Numbered from the stretch's first letter, positions 10,293-22,500 are shown. The stretch: 56,079 nt of DNA from Pachysolen tannophilus NRRL Y-2460 (GCA_001661245.1 KV454017.1:248001-304079), one strand, 5' to 3'. A program made the numbers and translations. Notes: generated from the sequence alone by a model not told the origin.

Positions 10293-12359
10293 TTAAGCTG
10301 TAGTAGTTCTCATCAGTCTCTCATGAACTTTAATGTGCTGGGACAAATTATCTGATCTAGCAAATTTCTTTTCACATAAATGGCAACCGTAAGGTCTAAT
10401 ATCTGTATGGCATGATCTAACATGTCTTTTCAAGTGTTCTAATCTTCTGAAGGAACCAGTACATTGGCTACAATCAAAATTCTTTGTCCTTTCGTTGTAC
10501 TGGTATCTATAGTCGATAGTTGGTGCATCAATGGTAATTCTGCTTCTTCTCGAATTTTGTCCCATACGAGGCCTGTAATCAGGATCTGAATTCAAGTTGC
10601 TACCACTATTTGCAAACCTTGTTCTCAAGCTTATTCTTGGAGTAGCGCCAGCGCTACTAACAGTACTACCAGTAGTTGAATTGGTAGGTTTAATAGAAGT
10701 AGATGAAGAAATTTTAAAATTTTTAGAAGTTTTCTTCTTCCCCAAACGTTTTGAAGATTGTTTTGACATTTTAGCCTTTTTAGCCCTTCTTAAAGCTTTT
10801 GCATTCCTGGAAACAGAAGTTTCTGGAGATAAGTTTTTAGCAACACCAATATCTTCAGAATCTGAACTAAAACCTTGAGATTTTTCACGTTTGAAATGAT
10901 GATCAAAATCTTTATATTCATCATCATCATCATCTTCTTCTTCTTCTTCTTCTTCATCGAACTCATCAGTATTTCCATCAACTGTAGAGTCTGTGGAAGT
11001 TCTCTTTTTCCTTTCAGCAATTGTTTCAATGAAACCATATTTTTTTGCAAAACTAAGATTTGAATTTCCATCATCCATATTTTTAATATTACTTCCACTA
11101 AAATGATTGTTATTAGATCCAATTTCAAAATTAGAACCATGGTCTCCAGGATTTAATGTTGAGTCATCCGAGACACAAGATTGATTTGAAGTATCCAATG
11201 TTGCCTCTGAATAATAATTCAATGAATTGCGAGAATAAATTCCAGACCTCGGAAGTTTTGGTGAACTTGTAACAATATTAACATCATCCACATTAGAGTA
11301 ATCACTGAAATCAACCATTGGTTCAGTGGTAAGGTGAACCGAATTGATATTATTATTTTTATCACCATTGTTATTAATAGAATTATTAATTGTAGCATTG
11401 TTATGGAGATGGTAATTACCATCATTGGTGGTAATACTAGAGGTGTTGTAGATACCATTAGCATCAGTGGGTGAAATGGAAGTTGCATTTGAACAAGGAG
11501 GTGGGGTTTCCATATTATCATATGCAGATGACAACGAGAAATATGATTCTTTAAAAGGATTAAATTTTGTTGGATCATCAACCAACATCAATGAAGGAAG
11601 CATGTTAATTTGTTGTTGCTGTTGTTGTTGTTGTTGGTGTTGCTGTTGTTGGTGTTGCTGCTGCTGTGTTTGATGTTGCTGTGTTTGCTGTTGGTGCTGC
11701 TGCTGCTGCTGCTGCTGATGATGTTGTTGTTGTTGTTGTTGTTGGTGTTGGTGCTGTTGCTGTTGCTGTTGCTGAGAACTGTTATAGTTTTGAATTGACT
11801 GGTCATCGTAGAGGGCTTTCATAATTGTATCCTCTTCCATTACAACGTTCCGACCACCAATCTGATTAGAAAAATTACCAACGTTACCATTTACATCGGC
11901 GAAACCGAAAGAAGCAGTTGGGTCCAGCAGATGCACGTCCATAAATTGAGCTGAAGAATTTAAATTCTCATAAGTACCACTAGCATTACTTGTATTTATA
12001 GAATCGAACAAAGGATTACCACTACCACCATCACGGACAATACTAACAGCATTAAAATGACAACCATCTTCCAATTTCTCATGATTAGGTCTAACCAAAA
12101 TGTCATCCATAGAGCACACACTAGAAGTCCTTGAAACATCATCCGTCGAGAACAACGAAGATGATGACGACGTATTAATTGTCCTTTGTCTAATATGGGT
12201 GCTGTTTGTTTCATCAACAAAAGTGTTCCTATTATGTTGCGGGAAAACTTTGAAATTTATGCCCTTGTTTTGCTCAACTGGTACTGAAGAATCCAACTGA
12301 ATTTTTTGATCCTGGAAAAATGACAGGTTCATATAATCGTTGATATTTATAGCATTCAT
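10293..12359 (-). CDS. MSN2: C2H2 zinc-finger stress-response transcription factor, Msn2/Msn4 family
   Basis: Two C-terminal fingers FRRLEHLKRHVRSCH...FARSDNLSQHIKVH with STRE-binding residues; polyQ, acidic and basic tracts. It lies next to MIH1/CCS1/IMP2, as MSN2 does in S. cerevisiae. The Com2/Mnl1 paralogue cannot be excluded on the fingers alone. Confidence 0.75.
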   Translation of the reverse strand: MNAININDYMNLSFFQDQKIQLDSSVPVEQNKGINFKVFPQHNRNTFVDETNSTHIRQRTINTSSSSSLFSTDDVSRTSSVCSMDDILVRPNHEKLEDGCHFNAVSIVRDGGSGNPLFDSINTSNASGTYENLNSSAQFMDVHLLDPTASFGFADVNGNVGNFSNQIGGRNVVMEEDTIMKALYDDQSIQNYNSSQQQQQQQHQHQQQQQQQHHQQQQQQQHQQQTQQHQTQQQQHQQQQHQQQQQQQQQINMLPSLMLVDDPTKFNPFKESYFSLSSAYDNMETPPPCSNATSISPTDANGIYNTSSITTNDGNYHLHNNATINNSINNNGDKNNNINSVHLTTEPMVDFSDYSNVDDVNIVTSSPKLPRSGIYSRNSLNYYSEATLDTSNQSCVSDDSTLNPGDHGSNFEIGSNNNHFSGSNIKNMDDGNSNLSFAKKYGFIETIAERKKRTSTDSTVDGNTDEFDEEEEEEEDDDDDEYKDFDHHFKREKSQGFSSDSEDIGVAKNLSPETSVSRNAKALRRAKKAKMSKQSSKRLGKKKTSKNFKISSSTSIKPTNSTTGSTVSSAGATPRISLRTRFANSGSNLNSDPDYRPRMGQNSRRSRITIDAPTIDYRYQYNERTKNFDCSQCTGSFRRLEHLKRHVRSCHTDIRPYGCHLCEKKFARSDNLSQHIKVHERLMRTTTA
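11610..11774 (-). repeat. CAA/CAG trinucleotide repeat encoding a ~55-residue interrupted poly-Gln tract
   Basis: (TTG/CTG)n on the + strand, within the zinc-finger gene. Confidence 0.95.
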
Positions 12360-12641
12360 TGTTGTTATCTTGTTTCAAAAAAGTCTCAGAATGAAAAATG
12401 AAAATAAAAAAATAAAAATAAAAAAAAAAATAGAAAAAAAAAAAGTTCTTTGTTATTAAAAATAAAATTGAAAATGTCTTGTTAGCAAAAACGAAGCAAA
12501 AACAAAAAACCAAATGAAAGCTGCTATTATAATGGTTATTTATTATCAAGTCTTATTATGAGTTAAAAATAAAAAAAGTTATAGAATATTCAGCAACAGT
12601 GTCGTAGCTGCTTCTTTGAATTTCTCTTGTGTATATATATG

Positions 12642-12677
<36 letters not shown>

Positions 12678-14042
12678 TAAATATATATGTACACAATTAA
12701 GGGGACAATGAATGAATATTTAATTTATACAATTATAATTATAAACCTTTGTTTAAAAAAAAAGTTCTTTTGTCTTCTTATATATGGCAATATATATGTG
12801 ACAATATTTATATATATATATATAGCTATATATATATACTTATGTTGTAATATATTGTTATAATGTTATATATATTTAACAACAAATATACGTATATTTC
12901 CACAAATATTAAGGTGACATATCAAATATTTATTATCAAGATGAACTTCGCATTAAATCTGCATTAAAATTACCCTTCAGTTACGTAAAAACAAAGAAAA
13001 TAAAGCAGAAAAAAAGATAATTAAGAATTAGATAAATCAAACTAAAAACTAAACTTTAACTTTACGACTGCGGATCTAAACCAGCAGGTAAGATCCATGG
13101 AAACTGTCGGACTATATCGATTAATCGTTTCTTGTTTTCTGATCGAAACCCACAGTTTAATATATAGAGGTGCATGCATACATAGATTTGAGTTTTGGTT
13201 AATCTTACCTTACTGTGCCGTTTAACGTTTGTTTTTCTTAATATTATACAGTGTATTCTGCCACAAGATAGGGTGTTTGTACGTGCAAATATGATCTGGT
13301 TTTTTTGGTTTTTTTTTTTTTTTTTTTTTTTTTTTCTCGCATTTACGTAATCTAAATTGTAATATAAGAAAGAACAATAGCATGGCAATAGAATATAGCA
13401 ATAGCATGGCATCTTTTTACAATTTTTAGAATTTTGTTTTGCCGTTTAAAAAAAAAAAAAAAAAAAACAAAAACCTTTTTATCCTAAAGAAAGCATGATT
13501 TATAGTTACCTCATTGTTGTGCATTTGATAACAAAGGCTAGGCATTACACAAACACCCCAAGTTTAAAATAAAATAGAAAAAAAAAAACAAAGAAAAAAA
13601 AATAAAATAAAAAAAAAAATCTTCGTTGATAAGGTCTTGAGGTCGTTATAATAGCGGTAGCCGATCCGAAAAATAAAAAGTATATGAAAAATTGGTCTTT
13701 GTTAGCCTAAATTCATTTAACATATAATCTGCAGCGACAGCTCTTGATACTTTTACTACTTCTATTACCACTACTACTATTAGTATTACTATTACTATTA
13801 CTTCTACTACTATTATTAAGGATTTACATTATTTGAATAGTGAAATAATGTCAAGGTAAGGCTAATTACAAAGATTAAGGAATGTGCTTTAATGCTAGTA
13901 ATTTGGAAAAAAAATTTTTTCTTTTTTTTTTTTTTTTTGTCTTAATTTATTTACCTAAAACTCAATTGTCCCCAGACCAAATTTTTTTTATAAATTGTTG
14001 GGAAGCAAAACTAAAAATTATATTTAGTTTTTAAAGTCCGTA

Positions 14043-14080
14043 TAAGCTAAAGAGCTAAGCTAAAGAGCTAAGCTCATCGC
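14043..14080. repeat. 13-bp tandem repeat TAAGCTAAAGAGC x2.5 ending in a PAC motif (CTCATCGC)
   Basis: Units at 14043-14055 and 14056-14068, partial unit 14069-14074; CTCATCGC at 14073-14080. Confidence 0.7.
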
Positions 14081-14730
14081 GAGCGAGGAAAAAACAAACA
14101 AAACAAACAAAATAAAAAAAAAAAAAAAAACCACAAACTTAAAAACGGTCGTATACTTTTTTAAAAAAAATTACGGATTAGGAAATAGTCGAATTTCCTA
14201 AATAGTACGCCTAATTAATTACAGATTTAGACAAAAGAAAAAAAAAAAAAAAAAAAAAAAAGAAAAATTTAAAAAAATTTAAAGGGTTTCTGCCAATTGA
14301 AATTTATGCTCAACGGGCTATTAAGGCAAGTAATATTTGTTAATTTACGCATAATTACCGAAATAAAAGAAACAGAAGCTTCCCTAAAAGGATACTACAG
14401 TAATATAGCACCTCTTTTTTTTTTTTTTACTTCTTAATTTAATTTAAATAGTTAATTAAAAAGCAACTTATAATTTTTAAATTTTAAATAAAAAAAAAAA
14501 GTAAGAAAGAAATCAATTGATTATCTTTATTATTGATTAGTTTTTATTTATTAGAAAATAATTAACTCTTTTTTTTTTTTTTTTTCTTGTTTCTTTTCTA
14601 TTATTCTTTTTTATTTCTTGTATATTGTCTTTTTAGAGGTCTTTATCATTATCGGTATTATCATTTATTTTTAGAACGTGAGGTTTTTTTTTTATTTTTT
14701 ATTTTTTTTTTAATTTCTTAAGTTTATAAA

Positions 14731-17361
14731 ATGTCCGCTACTTTTCAAGAACAAGAGCGCTTTGATTCGTTTACTTCCAATAGGTCTTCAAATATAAATG
14801 TTTCAAGGTCTTCGGTATATCAAACAAATGGCAGACCTTTAAGTGAAGAAGCAATTTATAAGGCAAAGTTGAAGTATGGAGTTTATAATAAACCTGGTGC
14901 TCCAACAGTAGGAGTGGATTATTCTGCTTCAGATTCGGCTGCGTTGTTGGCGGTATCTTCGGATTTATCTGTTCATCCTTATAAGCGAGATTTATCGGCT
15001 GATGCTGCTATCGCAGCTCTAGCCGCTAGAAGAGACTCTGCTCCTAGAGCTTGGAAAAGAGAAATTGCTCCAGATGCAGAATTTGCCGCTATTAGCGCCG
15101 AATCAGCTAGATACCCTTTTTCAAATGGTAGCGCTAATAGTGATGTAAATTTTACGCTACTGGAAGAAAGGGAAAGTAGTGATGCGGCATCTGCGGTTTT
15201 GAAAAGAAAACCATCTGCCATTGCAAGAGATGCATTGGGCGATTTATATGCGTTTGATGATATTAGGAACGGAACTAGAACTTTTACCAGTTTTACCCAT
15301 GCTCCAATTGATGCAAGTTTAACATCCACTTCCCTGACGCAGACTCTGCCTCAAAGTATTAATATTCAAAATATAACATCCAGTGCTAAAGTCCGCGCTA
15401 CTCAATCAATGCATTCTAGAACAAGTCCTAATCATAGTCAACAAAGAGCAGGTATTGATACTGGTAGAAGGTTTGCTCTGGCAAATGGTCTAGTTGATCT
15501 TTCTAAAATTACAACTGCTGCAACTGATTCTGCAAGTAAATCTATAAGTAGAAGACTTGATAGTGATGTTAGAGATTATAGAAGTGGAATATTAACTGCT
15601 AGCAATTACAATAAAAATAAAAGTTTGGCTGCAAGTGGTGCTCTGGCATCTCAAAAAAGAGGTTTAGTTGCTGATTTGGCTTCATCCGAAAGAATGACTT
15701 TGAAATATAATACATTGGTTGATCTGAAAGTCTTGGCAACAGCAACAGCTAATGCTCAAGCTACTTTAAATAAACTTTATAAAGAAGTTTCTCCAAATAA
15801 TTTGTTTGCAAATAAGGAAATGAATATTAAAGCTATTCAAATTGCTCAAGCAAATGCAGAAAAAAGGAAACAAAATGCTGGTAAGATTAATTTAGGAGGT
15901 GGTTTATTAATGGATGCTGCAGAATTACAATTATTGGCATCTAGCATTATTCTGCCTGTTTTAGCAAACATTGATATTAAAGCAGAAGCTCAAAGAAAAG
16001 CTGATTATGAACGTCAAGTGGCTCATGAAGAACAAAAGCAAAGGAAATTGGAGTATGTTCTGGAACAGAAAAGATTAAAACAAGAAGCAAAAGAAAGAAA
16101 GGAAGCTGAAAAACAAGCCAGAAAGGAAAAACTTGCAAAGGATAAAGAGGCTGAAAAGGAAAAACAAGTGGAGTTGACAAAGCAAAAGCAGGATGAAGTT
16201 GCTGCAAAGAATGATGATTTAAATGCTTTAAATGAATCCCAAGAAGCAGAAGAACTGGTTTTGTTAAAAGAAAAAGCTACTGAAGAAGAAAAAATTGCTG
16301 ATGAAGAAAAAGCTAAAAAATATGAAAGAGATTCGGAGTTAAAGGCAATGCAAGATGCAAAAGATGAAGAAGTTGCACCAATTGTATTAGAATTGGATAC
16401 GGAAACTAAAGTCTTGGAAGCATTAATAGAAAAAAGAGAAGTTGCTGAAAAGTTAGCTGCTGATCAGGCAGAACGTGTTAAGATTGCTGAAGAGCAATTG
16501 GCAGAGACTAACTCTAGATTACTGGAAATTTCTTCTCAATTAGCGGATGCAAAAGCAGCATTGGAAGTAGCAAAGACAAATGCTGAAAAGGAATCTGCAG
16601 AAGCAGATGTTGCTGCAAAGCAGGCAGAATTGGATATAAAGCAAAAAGAAGCTGATGAAAAGAAGTTTATAGCTGAGCATGAAGCACAAACTTCTAAAAA
16701 GACTGCTTTGGAAGCTGAACGAGCATCCACCTTAGTATCTTTGCAACAGGCCAAAAAAGATGCTTTGGAGGAAGAAAAACTGATTAATGCTGTACTCCCA
16801 GACCATTTGAAAAAAGAAGTTAGAGACGATATTTCAGAGGAAAGTGAAATTGATGCTACACAATTTGCTACTTCAGATGAGGAAGATGAAGAAGAAGCAA
16901 AGGCAAAAAAAGAACTGGAAGAGAAAGCTAAAAGTCTGGAAGTTAAAAAAGAAGATAAACCTCTGGTAGTTGATACTCCATTGAAGAAAGAAAAGGCAGA
17001 AATAGATTCAGCCATTACTGAAGAAACTCCAATTTCTTCTCCTACTTCTCCTATTTCTCCAACTAAGAAAAGCGGTTGGAGGAAAAGATTAAAGAGTTTT
17101 GTTTCATCTGAACCTAGATCTCCAACAGAATCTAATACTTCTAAAAAAACTTTAGGGTCGCCTCCAAAAAAAATATCGAAACCAATTCCAATTGTTCAAA
17201 AAACTGAAGCAAAGGAAGATGGAAATGACTTGAAGCAAACTTTTTCAGGATTTTCTCAAGGTTCGTTTCCTGAAGATGATGATACGAAAAAGACAGCTTC
17301 TTCGATTGTTCATGGTGTAATAAAGGAAAAAAATGAAGGGTTGTTTAAAGAAGAGATTTAG
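14731..17361 (+). CDS. EIS1: Eisosome protein Eis1
   Basis: N-terminal GRPLSEEAIYKAKLKYGVY, INLGGGL motif, long E/K/A coiled coil, TFSGFSQG and terminal GLFKEEI. Confidence 0.88.
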   Translation: MSATFQEQERFDSFTSNRSSNINVSRSSVYQTNGRPLSEEAIYKAKLKYGVYNKPGAPTVGVDYSASDSAALLAVSSDLSVHPYKRDLSADAAIAALAARRDSAPRAWKREIAPDAEFAAISAESARYPFSNGSANSDVNFTLLEERESSDAASAVLKRKPSAIARDALGDLYAFDDIRNGTRTFTSFTHAPIDASLTSTSLTQTLPQSINIQNITSSAKVRATQSMHSRTSPNHSQQRAGIDTGRRFALANGLVDLSKITTAATDSASKSISRRLDSDVRDYRSGILTASNYNKNKSLAASGALASQKRGLVADLASSERMTLKYNTLVDLKVLATATANAQATLNKLYKEVSPNNLFANKEMNIKAIQIAQANAEKRKQNAGKINLGGGLLMDAAELQLLASSIILPVLANIDIKAEAQRKADYERQVAHEEQKQRKLEYVLEQKRLKQEAKERKEAEKQARKEKLAKDKEAEKEKQVELTKQKQDEVAAKNDDLNALNESQEAEELVLLKEKATEEEKIADEEKAKKYERDSELKAMQDAKDEEVAPIVLELDTETKVLEALIEKREVAEKLAADQAERVKIAEEQLAETNSRLLEISSQLADAKAALEVAKTNAEKESAEADVAAKQAELDIKQKEADEKKFIAEHEAQTSKKTALEAERASTLVSLQQAKKDALEEEKLINAVLPDHLKKEVRDDISEESEIDATQFATSDEEDEEEAKAKKELEEKAKSLEVKKEDKPLVVDTPLKKEKAEIDSAITEETPISSPTSPISPTKKSGWRKRLKSFVSSEPRSPTESNTSKKTLGSPPKKISKPIPIVQKTEAKEDGNDLKQTFSGFSQGSFPEDDDTKKTASSIVHGVIKEKNEGLFKEEI

Positions 17362-18019
17362 ATGAAAACATGTATTTTTTTTAAAAGTGTTTTTCCGAAT
17401 ATTTTGTGTTAAGTGTTAAGTGTTGTGATTGTGATTATCATTGTCATTGTTGATGATGGACCAAGACTGATTTAGTAAGATATCAGATGTTAATAATGTG
17501 TGCAGTGTTTAGAACAGGGTTAGATAACCCCCAAAAAAAGAAAACAAAAAGTAATAAAAAAAGTTTAACACTCGCTTTTTTTTTTTTTTTTTTTACTACA
17601 ATATTACCCAACGTCTTTGTTTTAGTACCACTGATTGATTTCATTTATATTTTTATTTTTATTTTTATTTTTTTTTCTTGCAAAGAGGTATGACGTTTGT
17701 ATATTGTTAATTTTGTTAATTTATCGAGCAATTCTTTTTTTTTTTATTTAATAACAGGTTAATTTTTGAAATGAAGTTCAGGTTGTAAATAGTAGATTAT
17801 CTTTTGAGTTACTGATTTGTTTTAATAATATAGAGTAAATACTCTATCGTACATGTTTAGGTGGTGTTCATTTGTTGCTTTTAATTTATTGTTTTTTTTT
17901 TTTTTTTTTTTGCCAAACTTTAGGTCTGTTCTATCTTTCAATTTCAGTAACAATCAATTTTTTAATGCTTCCCAAAACTTACCAAAAAGAATTAAAAAAA
18001 AATTCTACTGTTTGAATTT

Positions 18020-18481
18020 CTATTGACCTCTTATTCTCCTAGCTAATTGTATATCCTTTTGCATAATAGTGACTCTTTTAGCGTGTAACGCAAGCAAATT
18101 GGTATCTTCAAATAAATTTACCAAGAAAGCTTCACAAGCTTCTTGTAACGCCAATACAGCAACACTTTGCCATCTCAATCCATAATCAAATCCAATTGAC
18201 TCTGCAGCAATTTCTCTAACAAGTCTAGCAAATGGTAGTTTCCGAAGTAATAAGTCTGTTGATTTTTGATATTTTCTAATCTCTCGCAAAGATACTGTTC
18301 CTGGTTTATACCTTCTATGATTCTTTTTTATAGGTAGTGGATCACCTGGTTGATTTCTCAGAAGTCCTGTTGACTGTGTATTATCATGCTGTATCAGTCT
18401 ATCTGATTTCTTGTTTTTGGAAGATGCAGTAACCCTGGATGGAGATGATTTATTCCTCCCACCTGTCGACAACCTGGCCAT
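18020..18481 (-). CDS. CSE4: Centromeric histone H3 variant CENP-A
   Basis: H3 histone fold with a divergent N-tail, longer loop 1 ([16 protein letters not shown] in place of H3 F) and [14 protein letters not shown]. Confidence 0.95.
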   Translation of the reverse strand: MARLSTGGRNKSSPSRVTASSKNKKSDRLIQHDNTQSTGLLRNQPGDPLPIKKNHRRYKPGTVSLREIRKYQKSTDLLLRKLPFARLVREIAAESIGFDYGLRWQSVAVLALQEACEAFLVNLFEDTNLLALHAKRVTIMQKDIQLARRIRGQ

Positions 18482-18995
18482 TATAATATTTTTATATTTT
18501 TATATTTTTATATTTTTATATGAATTAAGAGAAATAGGAAATAAAAGTTCTCTTTAACAGATTAAAAATTGACATATATACTTAAATCCAACTGACTGCC
18601 AACCCAAAATTATGAATACAAATACAAAAACTTCTTCTTAATTGTAATTCAAGTGGCCCTCTCCGGGAATAAGTGACAACTTTTGGGGCTACTACTATGA
18701 GATAAAAAATGGCTGAACTTGAAAAGAATAAAATGTGCGCGTAAAATCTAAGTCAATTTCAATATGAGAAAATTTCCTAATTAAGTAATAAAGTAAACTA
18801 CATAGTATTTATAAATGATAACAATTAGTATACATAACAACAACGACAACGACAACGATGGCGAAACAACCACGAATGTCGGCCATGGGTAGAAGTAAGA
18901 TGTAAAAAAAAAAAAAGCAATCTGGAAATTAGTGAAGAAACCAATATCCATAGTCTCTTTCTCCAAACGGTTTTTTTTTATTGTATTTTATGTGT

Positions 18996-20423
18996 TTAAA
19001 ACGACACATCCCAAATACCCAAAGGACCACTTTCTAGATATGATTCCTTGTTTAAATACAAAGTTTCACCATTGTTATTACCATGGCCTGTACCAAATAT
19101 TTGTTTACTTAAAATCTGTCCACCTAAAAACGAGACATCTTCGAAATTTCCCAGTTTTTTCCATTCAGGGAAATAATCTGGAAATTTACAATATTTGATC
19201 GATTTTGGAACTTGATAAGAGTTAAATGTTTCATTATTAGAACCAACCAACATCTTATTCATGCTATTTGCAGCGGAATTTCCATCGTTTCTGAAGGCCA
19301 GTTCTGCATTTGTCAGTTGTTGGGCTTGATAATGACCTTTTATAGCTATAAGATGATCTCTTAATAATGTCACCAATAGAGAATCTTTGAAACCATTTAT
19401 TTTCGTTGTAGCACCAACCAAAATAACATTATCAAAGCACTCCTGACGCTTACGTAAATCACTTATTTGTTCTACGCATAGTTGTACATTAAAAGATATC
19501 GATGATAACAATTCGTTATGACCTTGGAATCTTTCTTTACCAATAGTGATTTCATTACCATTATTATCAATAAATGTGTTTTTCTCTAATTCTGAGTTTG
19601 GTTTAGTTTCTTCTTCTTCTTCTATTTTAACTTTATTTTTACTTTTTTCTTCTAATAAATCTCTTGTATTTCTATCACTTGTAACAATTGCAGCAACATC
19701 TAATATACCATCATCTTCTGCAGATTTCTTATCATCACTTTCTATACCTGCTAATCCAAAAAATGAATTTTTAGCATCTTCTTCACTCAATATTTCATAT
19801 ATTGGTGATAATTTCAAACTTTCAATTTGATCTAAAGTTAATTCTGGTAAAAGTTCAGATAAATTTTTATTAATAGATTGTGAACCTTTATTTACAGTCA
19901 CACTCAAATGTCTCATAACTTGATAATCAATGATTGGTGTTATTTCAGTCTTTTCATGGCCAACATCAATAACCAATGAATTAGGTATTGAACCAAAACT
20001 AAAATTTGCACATAATGATAATGGGAGAATTGTAAAATTACCAATTTGTAAAGATTCAAAAGCATAATGAGTAATATATTCTATATCTAATTTTGACCAT
20101 CTATTACTTCCTATAAGTGTTAAAGCCACATTAGAAGGTATAATATAAGAAATCTTATGAATAGATTTCAAAATTATTTTTAATAAATAATTTAAAGCAT
20201 TAACATTCACTATCTCACCTTTAATAATTGGATAAACAGCCAATGACTCATCTTCTGATTTTGAAGTAAATTCTTCTGGTACATCTTTTGATTTCAAATA
20301 AACTTTTGTAGGAATTTTATAATGTGGTAAAGCTAATGATTCCTGGTTTAAACCAAATGAAAACAATGTGAATTGAGAACCAGGTTGTATAATTAAAAAA
20401 TTGTCATCTTTAATTGGCGCCAT
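18996..20423 (-). CDS. ARP9: Actin-related protein Arp9 (RSC/SWI-SNF)
   Basis: Actin fold; MAPIKDDNFLIIQPGSQFT start, DDGILDVAAIV insert, KFPDYFPEWKK, FLGGQILSKQIF, GPLGIWD. Confidence 0.93.
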   Translation of the reverse strand: MAPIKDDNFLIIQPGSQFTLFSFGLNQESLALPHYKIPTKVYLKSKDVPEEFTSKSEDESLAVYPIIKGEIVNVNALNYLLKIILKSIHKISYIIPSNVALTLIGSNRWSKLDIEYITHYAFESLQIGNFTILPLSLCANFSFGSIPNSLVIDVGHEKTEITPIIDYQVMRHLSVTVNKGSQSINKNLSELLPELTLDQIESLKLSPIYEILSEEDAKNSFFGLAGIESDDKKSAEDDGILDVAAIVTSDRNTRDLLEEKSKNKVKIEEEEETKPNSELEKNTFIDNNGNEITIGKERFQGHNELLSSISFNVQLCVEQISDLRKRQECFDNVILVGATTKINGFKDSLLVTLLRDHLIAIKGHYQAQQLTNAELAFRNDGNSAANSMNKMLVGSNNETFNSYQVPKSIKYCKFPDYFPEWKKLGNFEDVSFLGGQILSKQIFGTGHGNNNGETLYLNKESYLESGPLGIWDVSF

Positions 20424-20829
20424 TACAAACGGAAAACAAAATAGAAAAAAAAAAAAAAAAAAAAAAAATCAAATTTTCAATTATTTTCAAATTTCAATTC
20501 TTCCTTTTAACCAAAGAAAGATCTTTAAAGATTGAATCCGCGCTTTAAATAGAGAAACAAAAAAAAAATGAAATATACTTCAAGTTTAAACTAAACTAGT
20601 GTTTGTAAATATTTACCAACTAACTGTGTTCAACAATTTTTCATATTTAAGAATTTAAACTAATTGACTAAAGCGTTTTCAGTACACGACCAATTTCTTC
20701 TTAACCAACTTCCAAGAACACTTTGAATCAAACTTGTATTACTTGTATTTTTAAATCTATCTATATTTATATTCTAAACTATTGTATAAACTCATGTAGC
20801 TAAATGGCTTCTCTTCAAAAAAAGATATA

Positions 20830-22239
20830 TTATGCGGTTGCTTTGTAATCCATGGTGCTTCTACTTTCTGTATCTGTATTTTCAACATTTTCAACAGAGT
20901 TTTGCAGGATTGTATTATTTTCTTGGGTTGTAATTGTGGTAATAGGATTTTGTTGGATTTCATTAGAAGATCCCACAGCATTTTGATTAATTTTTTTGCA
21001 AGAGTTTGAATTTTTGTTTTCCATTTCTATTTCCAGCATTTCCTTTTCTTTAACTTTTTGAATATATTCTGGACCAGCATGAACCCATTTTTTCATGAAT
21101 TCGGTTAAAATACCAGCACATACAACTTGTTCTGATTGGTATAGAACCAATGGGACTAACAATTTACCAATATTTGCGTTATCACCACCGTATTGAGCCG
21201 TTGTTAGGGTGACACCTAATGCAGCAGTCTTTGCAGCACCACAAAGCATTACTGAAACTGTATCCTCTCTATTATAGTAAAAAGGTTTAAAAAATTTGTA
21301 TGACCAATTATAAAAATTTGAATGATCATTTGAAGGTTCTTGATCAAAAATTTTCAATAAAAATGCTGGTCTTGAATATAAGTAACATATTATGGTAAAA
21401 AAAATATAGATACCTATATTGAAAAATACAATTAATAATATTGAAGCTGTTGGAACTTCTGTAAAAGCATGTTGATGGAATGCAGTTGAAAAAGATGACC
21501 ACATGATTAATAAAAGCATAAAAGTACCAAGTTTATTTAATTTAAAAGTTGTTAAATACCATTTAACAGTATTTGGGAAAATATTTTGTACAATTTGACC
21601 AATAAATAAAGGTACAAATACAGAACATCCAGTTTGTTTCATAACTTCTCTATAAACAGCTAATACAGAAGTACCTTGAGCTGGGTTAGCAAAAGCCCAT
21701 TCTCCTCTTGTATATAATTGAACTAAAGCTGGAGTAATAAAAGCTCCTAATAAATTACCAATAAAGACTTCTGATAATGATAATAATTCATTACCATCAG
21801 CCAGTCTTGTCATAACAACATTAGATGCAACAGTAGTTGGACAACAAGAAGTTACAATTAAACCAACTAACATCCATTCACTTATTTGAGAATTATTTGC
21901 ATGTTTAATTGCACAACATATACCATAAATTATTGAAGAAGTTATTAAAAATGATAAAGTTAAAACTGTAAAATGAGCTCTCCAATTTGCCATATTTACC
22001 AGTAATTGTTTTGTTTTCATTGAAAGACCTGAAATGAAAAAAATAATAGCAACAGCAAGGTAACCAATTGTATATTGTGCTTTAATATATCCTCCTTGTC
22101 TTGCAACATTTGGAAATGAATGAGCTAAAGCTATAAATATAGCTAAACCTATGAAAAACCATGTTTTTTCTGTAAATTTAGCAATTATAGATATTGTTTT
22201 ATCAACAATTGGTGAATTTTTTCTAATTTTTTCAAACAT
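20830..22239 (-). CDS. RCH1: SBF/SLC10A7-like transporter, regulator of calcium homeostasis
   Basis: Multiple TM segments, PTTVASNVVMT, EVFIGNLLGAFITPALVQ, CGAAKTAALG, LLVPLVLYQ; adjacent to ARP9. Confidence 0.9.
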   Translation of the reverse strand: MFEKIRKNSPIVDKTISIIAKFTEKTWFFIGLAIFIALAHSFPNVARQGGYIKAQYTIGYLAVAIIFFISGLSMKTKQLLVNMANWRAHFTVLTLSFLITSSIIYGICCAIKHANNSQISEWMLVGLIVTSCCPTTVASNVVMTRLADGNELLSLSEVFIGNLLGAFITPALVQLYTRGEWAFANPAQGTSVLAVYREVMKQTGCSVFVPLFIGQIVQNIFPNTVKWYLTTFKLNKLGTFMLLLIMWSSFSTAFHQHAFTEVPTASILLIVFFNIGIYIFFTIICYLYSRPAFLLKIFDQEPSNDHSNFYNWSYKFFKPFYYNREDTVSVMLCGAAKTAALGVTLTTAQYGGDNANIGKLLVPLVLYQSEQVVCAGILTEFMKKWVHAGPEYIQKVKEKEMLEIEMENKNSNSCKKINQNAVGSSNEIQQNPITTITTQENNTILQNSVENVENTDTESRSTMDYKATA

Positions 22240-22500
22240 TGATAATATAATAATTTAAATGATATAAATTAACTTTGAAAAAAATTACATCCATTCTTAA
22301 ATCACACATCATATTTCTTTATATCATTATATATATACTTTATATGAGTCAATCGTTAGCGCAATATATGAAGTAAATGATCACATTTTAACCTTTATCC
22401 CGCATAGTCAGTCAGTCTTTTTTAAAACCAGCGCGCACGACCAAAAAAAAAAAGAAGTTTCTCTCCGCCCGTGAATTGGAAGGAAAACTAACCTGGGAGC

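Noticed and set aside
12360..14730. Long AT-rich gap as a possible centromere (CSE4 gene nearby)
   Set aside because: No CDEI/II/III arrangement, long inverted repeat or retroelement. The length is normal for a divergent transcription-factor promoter, and the position of the CSE4 gene is irrelevant.
17688..17757. Intron-like GTATGA...TAATAACAG between EIS1 and CSE4
   Set aside because: Weak donor and branch, no credible flanking exons, and it lies between convergent 3' ends.
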